A DNA stretch of 62,491 nucleotides, counting the filler. It is 4 parts of 4 records of this genome, joined end to end, with 100 filler letters (N's around TTAATTAATTAA, not from the genome) between each part and the next. Parts side by side here need not be neighbours in the genome. Positions count along the whole stretch, not along the records: positions 55,445 to 62,491 come from SRR2962707_1807; 3 more parts are not named here. One strand, 5' to 3'. Positions within the stretch are counted from its first letter, which is position 1; each line of letters starts with the position of its first letter. Below, piece after piece: positions 60,169 to 62,491 of the stretch. A program made the position numbers and the translations under genes. The notes below the pieces were generated by a model. That model ran no database searches and had not been told where the DNA came from. It saw only the letters and a list, made by a program, of their open reading frames with translations.

Positions 60169-60876
60169 ATGAAGATTACCTGGCTAGGTCACGCCGCATT
60201 CCGGTTGGAAACTGCGAAATCGACCATCCTCATAGATCCGTTTTTGACCGGCAATCCGGGTTTCGAAGGCAATGACCGCAAGGATGCGGTTAAAGGCGTC
60301 ACCCATATCCTGCTCACCCATGGTCATGCCGACCACATTGGTGACACGGCTGCCATTTCCAAGGAGACCGGTGCGGTCGTGCTCTGTAATTATGATCTCG
60401 GCATGTGGCTGAGCCATCATCAGGGCGTGGAAAAGCTGGAGACGGGCAACACCGGCGGCACCATTTCGCTGGGCGATTTCTCTGCCACCTTCGTCAATGC
60501 CTTTCATTCCTCCGCACAGATCACCGAAGACGGCGTGTCGCACTCGCTTGGCTCTGCCAACGGCCTGATGCTGCATTTCGACGATGAGCCAGGGCTTTTG
60601 CACATGGGCGACACCGATATTTTCTCCGACATGGCACTTATCAACGAGCTGCACCGGCCGGAAATCGGCATTGTGCCGATTGGTGACCGGTTCACCATGG
60701 GCGGCGCGGTCGCAGCTCTTGCCTGCCGCCGCTACTTCTCCTTTGCCAAGGTGCTGCCTTGTCATTACGGCACGTTTCCGATCCTCGACCAGACCGCCGA
60801 TGCGTTCCTGGAAGGCATGGAGGAAGATGCCAAAAACGTCGCTGTCCCCAAGTCAGGCGAAAGCGTGACCGTCTGA
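60169..60876 (+). CDS. UPF0173 metallo-beta-lactamase-fold hydrolase
   Basis: [26 protein letters not shown] and PCHYGTFP. Confidence 0.9.
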   Translation: MKITWLGHAAFRLETAKSTILIDPFLTGNPGFEGNDRKDAVKGVTHILLTHGHADHIGDTAAISKETGAVVLCNYDLGMWLSHHQGVEKLETGNTGGTISLGDFSATFVNAFHSSAQITEDGVSHSLGSANGLMLHFDDEPGLLHMGDTDIFSDMALINELHRPEIGIVPIGDRFTMGGAVAALACRRYFSFAKVLPCHYGTFPILDQTADAFLEGMEEDAKNVAVPKSGESVTV

Positions 60877-60961
60877 CCCACTGACTGGGCGATTCCTGGC
60901 AAAACGCGTCAGAACCGAAGCTCTGTCCATCAATTGGTCGCGAAACGAAACAAGGGAACAA

Positions 60962-61552
60962 ATGGCCCAGGATGATCGGACGCTCGGCTTTTATACGCAG
61001 GAGGCTTCCGCCTATGCCTCACGCGGTGACTATCTGAATTCGAAGTACATCGAGGCTTTTCTGTCCTTGCTGCCGGCCGGGGCGGCCATTCTCGAGTTGG
61101 GATGCGGTTCCGGGCGGGACAGTGAATTCATGATCGGCAGGGGATTTAAGGTGCGCCCGACGGATGGGACGCCGGAGATGGCGCAAGCGGCGGAGCAGCG
61201 CCTCGGAATGCCGGTTGCAACATTGTTGTTCGCGGATCTGGACGAGGAAAGCACGTGTGACGGAATATGGGCGAATGCCTGCCTGTTGCATGTCCCCAGG
61301 CAAGATCTGCCAGGGATACTTTCGAAAATTCATGCCGCATTGAAGAACGGCGGGGCCTTTTACGCGAGCTTCAAAGCAGGCGAAACAGAAGGCCGCGACC
61401 AATTCAATAGGTATTACAATTATCCATCCGAGAGCACCTTGCGGGGGTGGTACGCTGCATCAGATTGGGCCGACGTGGCAATCACAGCCGAAAAGGGCGG
61501 GGGGTATGACGGCAGACCTACCGATTGGCTCCATGTTGTTGCAATCAGGTAG
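60962..61552 (+). CDS. Class I SAM-dependent methyltransferase
   Basis: LELGCGSG and WANACLLH. Confidence 0.87.
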   Translation: MAQDDRTLGFYTQEASAYASRGDYLNSKYIEAFLSLLPAGAAILELGCGSGRDSEFMIGRGFKVRPTDGTPEMAQAAEQRLGMPVATLLFADLDEESTCDGIWANACLLHVPRQDLPGILSKIHAALKNGGAFYASFKAGETEGRDQFNRYYNYPSESTLRGWYAASDWADVAITAEKGGGYDGRPTDWLHVVAIR

Positions 61553-61672
61553 GGTTGGCTGTCACGCCGCCTTTATGGCGTTTGCGATGACAATTCCATG
61601 CCGTGCGGTTGCGTGCTCCGCCGCTCGCCGCTATAGCGGTGCCACCTGTTCACACCACCCGATGAGGACCCG

Positions 61673-61960
61673 ATGTCCGTAGATCTTGCCACCGTCAAAC
61701 GCGTTGCGCACCTTGCCCGCATTGCGGTCACCGACGAGGAAGCCGCCCGCATGGAAGGTGAACTCAATACCATCCTGGGATTTGTCGAGCACCTGTCCGA
61801 AGTCGATGTCGACGGCGTCGAGCCGATGACTTCGGTAACGCCTATGGCGATGAAGAAGCGCGCGGACGTCGTTACCGACGGCTCCAAGGCTGACGACATC
61901 GTCGCCAACGCGCCCGAATCCACCGACAATTTCTTCGTTGTCCCGAAGGTTGTCGAGTAA
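61673..61960 (+). CDS. gatC: Asp/Glu-tRNA amidotransferase subunit C
   Basis: VAHLARI...FFVVPKVVE. Confidence 0.95.
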   Translation: MSVDLATVKRVAHLARIAVTDEEAARMEGELNTILGFVEHLSEVDVDGVEPMTSVTPMAMKKRADVVTDGSKADDIVANAPESTDNFFVVPKVVE

Positions 61961-61964
61961 TCCC

Positions 61965-62096
61965 ATGACGACGTTGATCGCAATTGAAACGCCATTGCAG
62001 GATAAAATCATGCATCTGGCTCCGCTTGCTGCCGCCGTCCTAGATTTTCCTGATTCCGGCTATTCCCGGTTCTTTGAAAAGAAGTTGTCCGCATGA
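61965..62096 (+). pseudogene. Internally deleted GNAT acetyltransferase remnant (43 aa)
   Basis: MTTLIAIETPLQD...[18 protein letters not shown] resemble the two ends of the GNAT gene found between gatC and gatA in some Rhizobiales. ATGA overlap with gatA. Confidence 0.55.
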
Positions 62097-62491
62097 CCGA
62101 CCTCATCCGACTGACCATCGCCGAAGCCCGTGACCAGATGGGCAAGGGCGCGTTCTCAAGTGTCGAGCTGACCGATGCTTACCTGACTGCAATCGAGGCG
62201 GCCAACCCTTCGATCAACGCCTATGTGAAGGTCACAACCGACAAGGCCCGCGAGATGGCAAAAGCCTCCGACGCCCGCCGTGCCGGAGGCAACGCCGGTG
62301 CGCTTGAAGGCATTCCGCTCGGCGTCAAGGATCTCTACGCCACCGAGGGCGTCCACACCCAGGCCTGTTCCCATGTGCTTGACGGCTTCGAGCCGCGCTA
62401 TGAATCGACCGTCACGGCCAATCTCTGGGCCGATGGCGCCGTGATGCTGGGCAAGCTCAACATGGACGAGTTCGCCATGGGCTCGTCCAAC
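62093..62491 (+). CDS. gatA: Asp/Glu-tRNA amidotransferase subunit A, 3'-truncated
   Basis: GIPLGVKDL and [14 protein letters not shown]. Confidence 0.95.
   Translation, partial: MTDLIRLTIAEARDQMGKGAFSSVELTDAYLTAIEAANPSINAYVKVTTDKAREMAKASDARRAGGNAGALEGIPLGVKDLYATEGVHTQACSHVLDGFEPRYESTVTANLWADGAVMLGKLNMDEFAMGSSN

Overview
This window is not one replicon. It is four contigs joined by artificial N-TTAATTAATTAA-N linkers. (1) 1-21491, Marinobacter-like gammaproteobacterium. It carries a decayed integron-cassette-like cluster with attC sites and no integrase in view, a WYL-regulator/VOC/GST module, and a 2-aminoethylphosphonate (AEP) cluster (phnR, FAD oxidoreductase, phnW, phnX, aepXVW-type ABC transporter, DMT transporter). 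Six copies of a TGGT-N4-ACCA GntR/HutC-type operator and five Pho-box promoters extend this regulon to two genes outside the canonical pathway. One is an 809-aa surface lipoprotein metallophosphoesterase with a C-terminal carbohydrate-binding-like domain, the other a HAD-IB phosphatase. This is the best candidate for an undescribed system: release of AEP from phosphonolipids or phosphonoglycans. (2) 21592-36853, a eukaryote with short GT-AG introns, carrying a VPS13-like gene with a RanBP2-type zinc finger and a C-terminal PDZ domain, convergent with a secreted Dcd1/acid-ceramidase-like Ntn hydrolase. (3) 36954-55344, Marinobacter-like again: aceA 5' end, CASTOR/POLLUX-like channel, ChaN, macrodomain, cra-fruBKA, SIMPL, GH84, LexA-boxed radical SAM, TRAP transporter and cfa. 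(4) 55445-62491, Rhizobiales-like alphaproteobacterium: pyrB, AidB-like dehydrogenase, AEC transporter, a CtrA-boxed membrane gene, ruvX, gatC, a GNAT remnant and gatA. Taxonomy and families were inferred by eye from motifs. No searches were run.
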